Origin: the human T2T-CHM13v2.0 reference genome, Homo sapiens
Direction of reading: 5' to 3'
Assembly: GCA_009914755.4 (NCBI GenBank)
Contig: CP086569.2
Span: 1,728,001 to 1,792,000 of the forward strand
DNA length: 64,000 nt
Position 1 is the stretch's first letter. The number at the start of each line of letters is the position of its first letter. The notes below the pieces were generated by a model, which was given only the letters and a program-made list of their open reading frames with translations, did no database searches and had not been told where the DNA came from. Made by a program: the position numbers and the translations under genes. Of this stretch, positions 36,396 through 56,796 are shown one piece after another.

Positions 36396-37591
36396 CTGCC
36401 CCACAGAACTGTTAGAAGAGACAAATGAGCTAAATTATACAGTTTCTTGAAAATCATAATGTGTTATACAAACAATAATTGTTGTTCTAGTGAGCCACTT
36501 CTGGTGAAAATCTCTTTTCTCTTGAAGGTTCACATTGCAAAATAACTACTTCAATTAATTAGATAGGGATTATTTATTATTTATGCATTTGTTTCTTTGT
36601 GTGTATGTACCTGTACAAGTGGATGCATTTGTCTATCAAGACAGATATATGAATAGATACCCACTGGATTTTACAATGGAGATTTAAAAACACTCTTTAG
36701 TAAAGACTAACAATTTTTGTTTTTCCAAACTTTCTCCTCACACTAGATAGGCTTGGTTGCAATTTTATGCCATATCCTTATTATTTATTCCATATGCCCA
36801 TTGCACCTTGGATGTGAAGTAGTCATTTCCGTCTCCCTGGTACTTGGCTCTGTGTCTGACACCTACGAGGTGCTCTGCAAAAGTGTCGAGTTGAATTAAA
36901 TTCTGCAATAATGTTAATGAGCCAGATCGAGGTGATGGGTGTGGGAGAGCCGGATATGGCAAGGTGAAAGAGAGAGGGCGGAAAAATAGAACAAACAACA
37001 GAGAAATAAATGAGGTAGAAAAAGGTCACAGCAATAACCTGAGAGAGAGAGAGAGAGAAAAAAGAAGAAGCACAGACAACCACATTGGGTCTTTCCTACC
37101 CATCCATCTAATTTATCAGCAGGTCCCCAATCTGCCCATGTCTCACCACTGCACCTCTGTCCTCACCCTGGCCCAAGTTGCAATAATTTCTCCCTGAACA
37201 ACCAATATAGTTTTTATCTATTCCTCCCATCACCTCCTTCCCCACTATAATCTAGGTAAAGTATCTCAACTGGGCTTCTCCCAGAAACAGACCCTGGGTT
37301 AAGGATTGAGTAACGGAAAGGGTAGGGACACTGACCAGGGTAAGGGCTCTGGCCAGGGCAGGGGGTCAGGGGAAGGTTATACAGGGAAGGGCATACACCA
37401 ATGAGGGGTGAATTATTAAGCCAGCTCTACAGAGGGCACCTAGGACATAATCTTATTGTGATGCTCTGGGAAACAGCATAAAACACCCACCTGGGAATTA
37501 TCCTAGCAGAGGGGTGAGGGAGCTGGGGTGTTGATACTCTATATCCATCAGTAACTGGTGGAGAATGTGACTCTCCTGCACTTTCAGTTTG

Positions 37592-37900
37592 GCACTTGAT
37601 ATGGTTTGGATTGTGTCCCCACCCAAATGTCATGTCAAATTGTGATTCTCCAGTGATGGAGGAGAGGTCTGGTGGGAGGTGATTAGATCATGGGGAAAGA
37701 TTTCTTCCTTGCTCTTCTCATGATAGTGAGTGAGTTCTGATGAGATCTTGTTGTTTAAAAGTGTGTAGCACTTCCCCCTTTGCTCTCTTCCTCCTGCTCG
37801 TGCCATGTAAGACGTGCATGCCTCCCTCCTCTTTGCCTTCTGCCATAATTGTATGTTTCCTGAGGCCTCCCCAGTCATGCTTACTGTATGTGAAGGGATG
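37592..37900 (+). mobile_element. THE1/MST-type MaLR LTR 5' portion
   Basis: gatatggtttggattgtgtccccacccaaatgtcatgtcaaattgtgattctccagtgatggaggagaggtctggtgggaggtgattagatcatgggg...ccatgtaagacgtgc...ctgaggcctccccagtcatg. Confidence 0.75.
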
Positions 37901-38237
37901 TGAAGTTGTCATTTAGGACCATGGGCCCAGGCTTGAGGGTGGAGCACTTGCCAAGGACCCCACGCTTTTCTACCCAGTATTTCCCTTCCTCCTGTCCATA
38001 TCACCACGAGCTACATGGAGTTCCCAAGGAGGCAATTCTCCTTAGTGCTTCCCATTCACTTGGTAGTCAGAGCTGTAGTCATACAGGCTCAAGCCACTCC
38101 CCAAGTTAGTTAATATTGCAAACCATACGTAATAGTATACTTAATCAATATATCAATGGTACAGGTTAAACATTCCACAACAAACAAAGCAACATTTACC
38201 ATCAAGAGAAAGGGAATAGAAAAGAGGGTTAATAAGG

Positions 38238-38589
<352 letters not shown>

Positions 38590-38929
38590 TCATGGTCTGA
38601 CATGGTCCTGATGTGGGTGGCCTGTTAACATATGGCAAGAAAGGGTCTTTGATGTGGGCAGAACCTTTGGCATACTCTGCACAGATAGGTAGAGTATTTT
38701 ATTGAGTAATGAAAGTGGCTTTCAGCAGGATGGGGAGCTGAAAAGGGGATGAAATGGGAAGATAGTCTTCTCTTGTAGTTTTATTTGACTTTGTGCCAAG
38801 ATAAAAGGACAAGGGAGAAAAGCCAGAAAGCAGCACACAGCAGCTTTTGTCTCAGCTTCTGACAACCTCCCAGCAATGCAGCACTCAGCCAGGATGCAGA
38901 GAGCAATGTATAAAGAATTAGACAGCCTA

Positions 38930-39295
38930 ACATATATACCATGGAATACTATGCAGCCATAAAAAAGGATGAGTTAATGTTCTTTGCAGGGACATGGATG
39001 ATGCTGGAAACCATCATTCTCAGCAAACTAACACAAGAACAGAAAACCAAACACCACATGTTCTCACTCATGAGTGGGAGCTGAACAATGAGAACACATG
39101 GACACAGGGAGGGAACATCACACACTGGGGGCCTGTCAGGGGGTGAGGGGCTAGGGGAGGGAGAGCATTAGGAGAAATACGTAAGGTAGATGATGGGTTG
39201 ATGGATGCAGCAAACCACCATGGCACACACATACCTATGTAACAAACCTGCACGTTCTGCACTGTATACCAGAACTTAAAGTATAATAATTTTTT
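38930..39295 (+). mobile_element. L1 (L1PA-like) 3' end
   Basis: ...atggaatactatgcagccataaaaaaggatgagttaatgttctttgcagggacatggatg...gagtgggagctgaacaatgagaacacatggacacagggagggaacatcacacactggggg...cagaacttaaagtataataatttttt. Confidence 0.9.
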
Positions 39296-39649
39296 AAAAA
39301 GTTAAAAAAAAAGAATTAGACAACTTATTGAAACACTTCTGCCCTGTCCCCTGCCATGCCTTGCCAAATTTATAGCTTCCCATTGTGAAGTTTTATCAGC
39401 ATGAATTTGTAAAGTAATTGAGCAGGGTGCCCCAAAAAGACTTTTGAGAACCTCAAAGTTGTAGTTATTAAAAATTACTCAGTCATGTCTGGAAGGAGCC
39501 GCCTTCATGCTTATGAATATTTTGGGTGGCATCAGGATTTCTTTAGAAAGGGACTCTTAAATCCTTCTGTATGACTTTTCTGGGACTTTCCTAAAAATCG
39601 TGTTCACAAAATGAGTAGTTTCAAACAATAGAGATTCATCCTCTCCCAG

Positions 39650-40170
39650 TTCTGGAGACCAGGAGTCTGAGATCAAGGTGTCTCAGGACCACACACCCTC
39701 CGGAGGCTCTAAGGAAACCTGCCTCTTCCCACTCCTGGGGGCTCCAGGCATCCCAGGGCTTGTGGCCGCATCACTCCAGTCTCTGCCTCCACCTCCATGT
39801 GGCCTCCTCCTCTGTGTCTGTGTCTCCTCTTCTGTCTTAGAAAGACACCTGTCATTGCATTTAGGGCCCACCCTACTCCAGGACGATCTCATCTCCAGAT
39901 CCTTAACTAACTGCATCTGCAAAGACCTTATTTCCAAATACGGTTCCATTCACAGGTTCTGGAGAACAGGACATCAACATATTTTGGGGGTCGCCATTCA
40001 GTTCCCTCTGGAGGCTCTAGGGGAGGATACTTCTGCATTCAGGACCCATTCTAACCCAAGATGATCTCATCTCAACTAATTCCATCAGCTATGACCCTAT
40101 TTCCAAATAAGATCTCATTCTGAGGTTCTGGGTGGATGTCAATTTGGGAGAAATACTCTTCAACCCACTA
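39650..40170 (+). mobile_element. Ancient LTR-type repeat (MaLR/MLT1-like), closely resembling the 15060-16030 copy, with a partial internal duplication
   Basis: tctggagaccaggagtctgagatcaaggtg...gggcttgtggccgcatcactccagtctctgcctccacctccatgtggcctcctcctctgtgtct...cttagaaagacacctgtc... Confidence 0.55.
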
Positions 40171-40359
40171 TACCTTCCAATGCTGACTAACGTCTGTATT
40201 TAAATAAACTCTGCAATTATCTCAGAAGACTTCCAGAAAGAAACACATGGTGAGTAACATCTATATTTACATAAACTCTGCAGTTATCTCAGAAGACTTC
40301 CAGAAACACAGGGGGAGCATGACACCAAACCCAGAAGGCTTAAATGAAAACAGGGATTA

Positions 40360-40670
40360 GGCCGGTCGCCGTGGCTCACGCCTGTCATCCCACCACTTTG
40401 GGAGGCCGAGGCAGGTGGATCACCTGAGGTCAGGAGTTCGACACCAGCCTGAACAACATGGCGAAACCCCGTCTCTACTGAAAATACAAAAATTAGCCAG
40501 CTTTGGTGGCATCCGCCTGTAGTCCCAGCTATTCGGGAGGCTGAGGCAGGAGAATTGGTTGAACCCAGGAGGCGGAGGTTGCAGAGAGCCAAGATCTTGT
40601 TACTGCACTCCAGCCTGGGCAACCCAGCAAGACTCCGTCTTAGAAAAAAAACAAAAACAAAAAACAAAGT
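40360..40670 (+). mobile_element. Alu
   Basis: gccggtcgccgtggctcacgcctgtcatcccaccactttgggaggccgaggcaggtggatcacctgagg...poly-A-rich tail. Confidence 0.95.
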
Positions 40671-40719
40671 CACTGAGTGGATTAGGTGAGTTCATATACG
40701 GAATGCATGTGTACAGCAG

Positions 40720-40930
40720 CTCCAGATGCTCGCCAAGGACTATATACGGGACTGTTGGGACTGCTACCACCACTAATACAGCCATTGCTATAGTTACTAT
40801 TACTTCAACAATTAGTACTACCACCACTGCCAGGACTATTGCTACTACCAGTTCTACTATGCTACTTCTGCAATTAATGCTCTTACTACAGCTCGTCAAC
40901 TACCTCATTACTAAAGCCACTGCTAGAACT
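40720..40930 (+). repeat. Low-complexity ACT/ATT-rich tract
   Basis: actgctaccaccactaatacagccattgctatagttactattacttcaacaattagtactaccaccactgcc... Confidence 0.6.
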
Positions 40931-41284
40931 ATTGCTTCCTTTTCTCACGGGGGACTGACTTTCATTTGCAATTCCCTGAGGCTTCACGCTCAGCAAAGGG
41001 TCCCCGCACCGACTCACCTGCTCCGCTTGCATCCCTGGCTCAGGAGCAAATGGCCTCCCAGTGGTCCCAAGTGCAGCCCCCTCCCTCCTGGGCCTCAGCC
41101 TTATGTAGACTCAGGCGAGGGCATTTGAAGAAGGGACCTCAGTTGATTCTCTGTTGCAGGACGCCCAAGACGAAGAGAGCACAGACATAGCACGACAGCC
41201 GGAAATAGCCTTTCATAGCCCCTAAATGTGCAGGGCTGGACACAAGTTAGGAATCTGCTTTTCCACTAAGTAGCTTGTGGAATG

Positions 41285-42713
41285 CACCTCTGTGTGTGTG
41301 TGTGTGTGTGTGTCTTCCTGTCTCTTTCTCTCTCTGCCTCTCTCTTCCTCCCTCTTTCTCCCACTCTCTCTTTCTCCCACTCTCTCTGATTTCCTCTATC
41401 CCTCTTCTCTCTCTCCTCCTAGTCTTCCTCTCTCTCAGTCCTCTGCCTCTCTCTCTTCCTGGCTTTCTGTCTCTCCTCCTCCCTCTCTCTCTTTCTTCCT
41501 CCCTCTCTGCCTTTCTTCCTCTCTCTCTCTCTCTCCCTTCCTCTCTCTCTTCCTCCCTCCCTCTCTGTCTCTCTCTCACTCTCTTCTCTCTCCCTCTTCC
41601 TGTTTCTCTTCCTCCCTCTCTCTTCCTCCGTCTCTTCCTCTCTCTCTCCTTCCTTTTCTTCCTCTGTCTCTTCGTCTCTTTCCTTCTCTTTCTTCCTCTC
41701 TTCCTCTCTCTGTCTCTCTCTCCCCCTTCCTCTCTTTCTCCCTCCCTCTCTGTCTCTCTCATTCTCTTCTTCTCTCTTTTGCCCTTTTCTCTCTTCCTCT
41801 GTCTCTTCCTCCCTCTCTCTTCCTCTCTCCCTCTCCTTCCCTCTCTTTCTTCCTCTCTTCCTCTGTCTGTCTCTCCCTCTTCCTCTCTTCCTTCCTCCCT
41901 GTCTCTCTTTCTCTTCTCTCTCCCCCTCTTCCTGCCTCTCTTCCTCTCTCTTCCTCCCTCTTCCTCCCTCTCTTCCTCTCTCTTCCTCCTTCTCTGTCTT
42001 TCTTCCTCTCTTCCTCTCTCTGTCTCTCCCTCTTCCTCTCTCTCTTCCTTCCTCCCTCTGTCTCTCTCTCATTCTCTTCTTCTCTCTCCCCCTCTTCCTG
42101 CCTCTCTTCCTCTCTCTTCCTCCCTCTTCCTCCCTCTCTTCCTCTCTCTTCCTCCTTCTCTGTCTTTCTTCCTCTCTTCCTCTCTCTGTCTCTCCCTCTT
42201 CCTCTCTCTCTTCCTTCCTCCCTCTCTGTCTCTCTCTCATTCTCTTCTTCTCTCTCCCCCTCTTCCTGCCTCTCTTCCTCTCTCTTCCTCCCTCTCTTCC
42301 TTCTTCCCTCTCTGTCTCTCTCTCATTCTCTTCTTCTCTCTCCCCCCTTCCTGCCTCTCTTCCTCTCTCTTCCTCCTTCTCTGTCTTTCTTCCTCTCTCT
42401 GTCTCTGTCTCCCTATTCTCTTTCTTTCTCCTTCTGTCTCTCTCTCATTCTCTTCTCTCTCTTCCCCTTCCTGTCTCTCTTCCTCCCTCTCTCTCCTTCC
42501 CTCTCTGCCTTTCTTCCTCTCTCTCTCTCCCTCTTCCTCTCTTTCTCCGTCCCTCTCTCTCTCATTCTCTTCTTCCCTCTCTTCCCCTTACTGTCTTCTT
42601 GTCTGTCTTCCTCCCTCTCTCTTCCTTTATCTTTCTTTCTCCCTTCCTCTCTTCCTTTCTTCCTCTCTTCCTCTGTCTCTCTCTCCTCCCTCCTCTCTCT
42701 TCCTCTCTCTCCT

Positions 42714-42744
<31 letters not shown>

Positions 42745-42775
42745 GACACACACACACACACACACACTCCCCAGG
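41285..42775 (+). repeat. Polypyrimidine CT-rich tract of about 1.5 kb with higher-order periodicity (about 170 bp), ending in (CA)n at 42728-42768
   Basis: ctcttcctctctcttcctccctc... throughout; tctctctcattctcttcttctctc recurs at about 42067, 42236 and 42323; the 516/531-aa and poly-Glu/Arg ORFs are artifacts. Confidence 0.95.
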
Positions 42776-43561
42776 ACTGTATTCACCCATGCTTTTTAAA
42801 ACAGAATCAATTCCAGACATATTCTGATAGAATGTCAAACAAGAAAGAAATAAAGAAGTGTTTATGCTGAGATTTAAAAACAACACCAGCAGCAACGACA
42901 GAACCTATACCGTTTTGACTTCATTCCAACCACAAGAAATGACACAGCAATACTGAGTAGCCAACTACTGATAGGAACTAACCGGAACAAAATATAAGTG
43001 ATAAACATTTCAGCAGATACATAAAATAATTCTCCAAATATCTCTTCTTAGGTAGGTCTCCTTCCCAACTGGACGTTACTCTTGGTAGCATATATCCACT
43101 GGGGAAATTTTAGAAAATATTTTAATTATTTATAAAGTCTCCCAGTTTAAACTGCAATGTGGCAAAAGACGTTCTTCCTAATTAGAGGGCCGTAGTCTAC
43201 GTAGGAAAAATATCAAACAAATTAAACTCATAGAGGTTTCATCTCTCAGAGAGGAATATGCACGTGATTTGGACGTATTTAGAAAATCCTATTAAAGATA
43301 TTTTGTTCCTGTTGTGTGGCTTGATAGAGCCGACGAGAGGGCTGAGCTAGCTATGCTCTGAGTTTTGCAAGACTTTTAACAATCATAACCTGTTTGACTT
43401 TCCGTGTTTCAGGCATGTTGAAGTGCCTGTTGACAATCAGCCCTCTTTACACTTTCCTAACCACTCTGAAGGCAGAAATCAACCATGACAAAAACGGTTT
43501 GATTTAGAGGATTAGACCATTCCACTCAAAATTCATTCACTTACTTAGAAAGTAGTTTCCT

Positions 43562-43875
43562 GGCCGGGCACAGTGGATCACGCCTGTCATCCCAGCACTT
43601 TGGGAGGCTGAGGCGGGCGGATCACCTTAGTTCGGGAGTTTGAGACCAGCCTGGCCAACATGGTGAAACCCCGTCTCTACTAAAAATACAAAAATTAGCC
43701 AGGCGTGGTGGCGGGCGCCTGTAGTCCCAGCTACTCAGGAGGCTGAGGCATGAGAATCGCTTGAACCCGGCGGGCGGAGGTTGCAGGGAGCCGAGATCCT
43801 ACCATTGCACTCCAGCCTGGGCGACAAGAGCAAAACTCCATCTTAAAAAATAAAAAATAAAAATAAATTAAAAAA
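43562..43875 (+). mobile_element. Alu
   Basis: ggccgggcacagtggatcacgcctgtcatcccagcactttgggaggctgaggcgggcggatcacc...gcctgggcgacaagagcaaaactccatcttaaaaaat. Confidence 0.95.
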
Positions 43876-44379
43876 GAAAATAGTCTCCTGTGTATCCCTT
43901 GGGTTTGCAGCATGTGACAATTACCAAGTGAAATATAGTTAATGGAATAAACTATATTTAAAAGTATTTTAACAGTATTTTGAAAAAAAAAAAATATATA
44001 TATATATATAATTCTACCATGATCTCAGGGAGAATTCTTGAGAAGGATTTTTTTTTTTCCATCAGTATTGACTACTCAATATTACTATGTCATTTCTTGT
44101 GGCCGAAATGAAGTGAAAACGTATAAACGGTATAGGTTCTACCTTTTTTTAAAAAAAAAATCTCAGCATGTTCTTTATTTTTTCTTGTTTGACATTCCCC
44201 CAGAATATGTCTAGAATTGATTCTCTTTTACATTTTCACTGAGAACCCAGAAGGCAGCCATTTTTCGGAAAATGTGTTTGACTCACAGCTGTTATCTCCT
44301 GCCATTTCTGTGATTATCGCTTCCATCCCATTCTCCTCTATAGGAATTCCAGCTTCTCCCAAGTTAGCTTCAATAGATA

Positions 44380-45560
<1,181 letters not shown>

Positions 45561-46271
45561 TTTACTATAAAAAGCCCTCAGAAGGAATGAACCCTGCCAG
45601 CACCTTGATCTGGCACCCCTGGCTCCCAGCATTGTCAGAGGAGGAGGATTATAAAACAACCTTCTGGCCCCCAGCGTTGTGAGAAAATGCATTGCTATGG
45701 CTCACGTCACCCTGTTGATGTTACTGCGTTGTGGTAGCCCCGGTGAACTCATCCCACAAGTCATGAGTTCCCAGGTCACCTGCTTCCTCTTGTGGGGGTC
45801 GAGACGCTGTATCTCCCTGGGCAGAAGCCTTTTATGCTGAAAGGGAGGCCTTTGCATTGGCTGAGCTTGAGCGTGAGAGCTGGAGCTGCTGGGATCTTGA
45901 ACACTCCTGGGATCTTGAACCTCCGTGGATGGAGGGAGTGTAGCTGAAAGGATCCAGCCGTCTTCCATCGTTAGCAAGTTAAGTCACCGAGGATCTTCCC
46001 CAGTTGCCTGCCCCAGTTGAGTTTGTCAGAATCTATTCACAGCATCACACGGGCGTGTAAACCACTGGAAGTCCCTTGCCGCCTGTTATTGCTCTTGTTC
46101 TAAGGAGGGGCAGGTGAGGAGGAGGGACCATCCGCAGGTGAGAAATGGGCAGAATATTTGTGGCAGGCATGGTGATTTTTGTCGCCAGCAGACTCTGCCT
46201 GGTGGCGGTGCGGGGGACTTGTGAAACATTTGCAATTGTCTTCCAACTGTTTAGAGATTTCTCGAGGAAAT

Positions 46272-47308
<1,037 letters not shown>

Positions 47309-47330
<22 letters not shown>

Positions 47331-47995
47331 GTCTGTTCTACGAAATAGACGAGAATTAGTCTAGTCTACGAAATAGACTAGAAATAGTCTAGTCTACGAA
47401 ATAGACTAGAAATAGCCTAGTCTGTTCTACGAAATAGACTAGAAATAGTCTAGTCTACGAAATAGACTAGAAATAGCCTAGTCTGTTCTACGAAATAGAC
47501 TAGAAATAGCCTAGTCTGTTCTACGAAATAGACTAGAAATAGTCTGTTCTCCGAAATAGACTAGAAATAGCCTAGTCTGTTCTACGAAATAGACTAGAAA
47601 TAGCCTAGTCTGTTCTACGAAATAGAGTAGAAATAGTCTAGTCTGTTCTACGAAATAGACTAGAAATAGCCTAGTCTGTTCTACGAAATAGACTAGAAAT
47701 AGTCTGTTCTATGAAATAGAAGAGAAATAGTCTAGTCTCTTCTACGAAATAGACTAGAAATAGTCTGTTCTACGAAATAGACTAGAAATAGTCTGTTCTA
47801 CGAAATAGACTAGAAATAGTCTGTTCTACGAAATAGACTAGAAATAGTCTGTTCTACGAAATAGACTAGAAATAGTCTGTTCTACGAAATAGACTAGAAA
47901 TAGTCTGTTCTACGAAATAGACTAGAAATAGTCTGTTCTACGAAATAGACTAGAAATAGTCTGTTCTATGAAATAGAAGAGAAATAGTCTGTGAT
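47309..47995 (+). repeat. 28-bp minisatellite (about 24 copies) with a hairpin-forming unit, seeded from the L1 3' terminus
   Basis: Unit ctacgaaatagactagaaatagtctgtt (variants ...tagtctagt, ...tagcctagtctgtt); contains the 7-bp inverted repeat tagacta-gaaa-tagtcta; the first units are tagaatagatgagaattagtctgttc of the L1 tail. Confidence 0.95.
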
Positions 47996-48063
47996 ATCAC
48001 CAGAATTTCTTTGTCTCACAGCCACGGAAATCAAGGACTTGGATGCACTAAGAGTGAGGTTAC

Positions 48064-48285
48064 AGGCCGGGCGCGGTGGCTCACACCTGTAATCTTAGCA
48101 CTTTGGGAGGCTGAGGTGGGCAGATTGTCTGAGCTGAGGAGTTCGAGACCAGTCATGGCAAAACTCCATCTTTACTAAAATACAAAAAACAAAAAAAAAT
48201 TCGCCAGGCGTGGTGGCATGAGCCTGTAAATCCCAGCTACTCAAGGCGCTGAGGCAGGAGGATCAGTTGAGCCTGGGAGGCAGAG
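48064..48285 (+). mobile_element. Alu (3' truncated or interrupted)
   Basis: ggccgggcgcggtggctcacacctgtaatcttagcactttgggaggctgaggtggg...gcctgggaggcagagg. Confidence 0.9.
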
Positions 48286-48600
<315 letters not shown>

Positions 48601-49182
48601 CCTGCGTTTCTAAGGGAGCAGAGTGCAGGCAAAAGAAAAAGAAGGGGGGGGGGCCGTACCGCAGTAAAATGTAAGGGTTTTTATAAATGAGCTAGTGGGC
48701 AGGAGGTATCTTAGCTACATAGGGCACAAAAAACCGGTTAGGACCAGGTGTGCCATCTGCATAGGGCTGAGTCTGTGCATACGGCTGAGTCTCCCCACCC
48801 CACTCTTTCATCACACAGGCATCTTCGTAGCTTGAGCTACTCCACGTTGACTATCTCCTTCCACCGTGTGCTAAAAAGGGGAGGGGGAGTTTCCGTGCCT
48901 GGCCCCTGGTACCTCCTTGCAGCTGCCAGGCATCCCCCTGCCAACCCATGCCAACCTCCCTATCTTCATGTACCCGAAAAAGGGAAAGGAATGGGCTTAC
49001 CATTATTTTTATTTATGAATAATAAAGCACTGTGCATTTCAGAATTGCTCAGAGTAGGTTTTCCTACTTTCCCTATCTCGGTGAGCTCTGTCTTAGATTT
49101 TTCCTACCTGAGTGTGTCCAAAAAATGGAAAGAAATGTGCTCAGTCAGGCCCCCTGTCTTTACTGGGACCTGTAGTACATAG

Positions 49183-49541
<359 letters not shown>

Positions 49542-49544
49542 TAG

Positions 49545-49860
<316 letters not shown>

Positions 49861-49920
49861 TGCTTTTTGCTAGAAGGAAACTTTTTGCCGGGGGCCCTTT
49901 CACCCTAACTATCCACCTAA

Positions 49921-50290
<370 letters not shown>

Positions 50291-50346
50291 CTCTTGTACT
50301 TGGGCCAAATCAATCCTCTTCTGTCAACTTAAGAAAGAGAGAGGCA

Positions 50347-51060
<714 letters not shown>

Positions 51061-51429
51061 ATTGTTCCGAGTAGGTTTTATTTTTGTTAATTAATAATAA
51101 AGCACTGTGCATTTCAAAATTGTTCCGAGTAGGTTTTATTTTTGTTAATTAATAATAAAACAGTGCATTTGAAAACTGTTCAGAGCAGGTTTTATTTTTG
51201 TGTATTAATAATAAAACAGTGCATTTCAAAACTGTTCAGAGTAGGTTTTATTTTTGTGAATTCATAATATACACTGCACTTCAAAATTCTTCAGAGTAGG
51301 TTATTTCTATTTTTGTTAATTTATAATAAAGCACTATGTATTTCAAAATTGTTCAGTATAGTTTTTTATTTTTGTTAATATAAGCTAACAAAAATAATTT
51401 AATAAGTTAATAAAGTACTGTGCATTTCA

Positions 51430-51841
<412 letters not shown>

Positions 51842-52091
51842 CTATTGCACAGCATGGTGACATAATTAATAATAAAACACTGCATTTCAAAATTGTTCAG
51901 AGTAGGTTTTATTTTTGTTAATTAATAATAAACCACTGTGCGTTTCAGCATTGTTCAGTATAGGTTATTTTTATTTTTGTTAATTTATAATAAAGTACTG
52001 TGCATTTCAAAATTGTTCAGAGTAGGTTTTATTTTTATTTTTGTTAATTAATAATAAAACACTGTGCATTTCAAAATTGTTCAGTGTAGGG

Positions 52092-52420
<329 letters not shown>

Positions 52421-52549
52421 TCAAAATAGCTCAGAGTAGATTTTATTTTTAGTTTTATTTTTGTTAATAATAAAGTACTGTGCGTTTCAAAATTGTTCAA
52501 TATAGGTTTTAATTTTATTTTTGTTAATAATAAATCACTGTGCATTTCA

Positions 52550-52861
<312 letters not shown>

Positions 52862-53434
52862 TCACAGTAGGTTTTATATATATATTTTTAATAATAAAGT
52901 ACTGTGCATTTCAAAATCGTTCAGTATAGGTTTTATTTTTAATTTATTTTTGTTAATAATAAATTATTGTGCATTGCAAAATTGTTCAGGGTCGGTTTCA
53001 TTATTGTTTTTAATAATAAAGTACGGTGCATTTCAAAATTGTTCAGAGATTTTATTTTTATTTTTGTTTAATAATAAAGTATTGTACCTTTCAAAATTGT
53101 TCAGAGTAGATTTTTATTTTTGTTAATTAATAATAAGGTACTGTGCCTTTCAAAATTGTTCAGAGTAGATTTTATTTTTATTTTTGTTAATAATAAAGTA
53201 CTGTGCATTGCAAAATTGTTGAGAGTAGAGTTTTTTTATTTTGGTATGCTTTTGTGTTTTCTTGTTTTGTACAAATTTAGGGGTTCCATGAGAAATTTTG
53301 TTACATGTATAAAACGTGTAGTGATCTAGGTATTCAGGGCATCCATCACCTGAATACAGTATTTTTGTGTTAAGTCTATACACCTTATTCTGCTATGGAA
53401 CCCCAAATGTATTCCTTGTATCTATTTTTTTTTT

Positions 53435-53722
<288 letters not shown>

Positions 53723-53839
53723 TTCCTCGTATCTTAATGTATGTGTGCAGCCTTTAACCCACCTCTCTGCATCCTCCTCCCTCCGTCTCTCTCACCCTTC
53801 TCGGGCTCTGTTATCTATTTTTCCCCCTAAGTGTTTAGC

Positions 53840-53990
53840 ACTTACCTAGGAGTGAGAACGTGCGATATTGGTCTTTCTGTGCCTGGCTTCTTTCTCTTGA
53901 CATAATGGCCTCTGATTCCATCCATGTTGCAGCAGCCAACAGGATTTCCTTCACTCTTACAGCTCAAGAGTTTTCCCCTTTGTTTATACC
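53840..53990 (-). mobile_element. L1 fragment (ORF2 3' region)
   Basis: ...gagtgagaacgtgcgatattggtctttctgtgcctggcttctttctcttgacataatggcctctgattccatccatgttgcagcagcc... Confidence 0.5.
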
Positions 53991-54034
53991 CTACGTTTTC
54001 CTTCTCCAGTCATCTGTTTTGTTGTTGTTGTTTT

Positions 54035-55040
<1,006 letters not shown>

Positions 55041-55482
55041 ACGTAGGATTTTAAATGCGTGCACCACCCACACACACACACACAAAAGAAAAGTAGGTGA
55101 GGTGAGGGATATGTTAATTGGCTTCATGCAATTATCCCATGATGTGTACATATATCAAAATTTCACACTGTACCCTACAAATACATGCAATCATTGTTTG
55201 TCCCTTAAAAATTAAATTTTCCAAAGGAAGGAGACCAACAGTGGCTTCTGAAGTCGAGGACAGAGCGAGGCTTTGCCCCCTCGGTAAAACATGAATAACG
55301 GGAAATGGAATTTTAAATGTCACCGCAGGAGGAATTTACTCATTCAGGGCCGGGGGCTTCCTCGGACGTCATAAAATCATCTTCAGCTGATGGGAATATA
55401 ATGACAGCCAGCATTATCAGCAGAGAACGGCAGCTTTGAGTGTCTTTATATATTCATTGTTGTCAGTATCAGGGTTCAGAAC

Positions 55483-55590
55483 CTGGCAGGTGGAGGTTGT
55501 GGTGAGCCGAGATCACGCCACTGCACTCCAGCCTGGGCAACAAGAGCAAAACTCCATCTCAAACAAACAAACAAACAAAAAATACAAACA
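55483..55590 (+). mobile_element. Alu 3' fragment
   Basis: ggcaggtggaggttgtggtgagccgagatcacgccactgcactccagcctgggcaacaagagcaaaactccatctcaaacaaacaaac. Confidence 0.85.
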
Positions 55591-55680
55591 GCCCAGCTAA
55601 GGTGAGCTATGAAATGCAGACATTGATAATCAAGACATATGCATTTTTATTTTTTTTTAAATTTGTATTGTATTTATTTC

Positions 55681-56268
<588 letters not shown>

Positions 56269-56269
56269 T

Positions 56270-56796
<527 letters not shown>

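Noticed and set aside
35387-36415. 216-aa His-rich ORF, as a possible poly-His protein
   Set aside because: It is the (GATGGT)n minisatellite read in one frame. It is degenerate, has higher-order duplications, and has no coding context.
41275-42870. 516- and 531-aa ORFs (Ser/Leu/Pro-rich) and the antisense 273-aa Glu/Arg-rich ORF
   Set aside because: They read straight through a 1.5-kb CT-rich low-complexity tract. The compositional bias removes stop codons (TAA/TAG/TGA need A or G). They are not genes.
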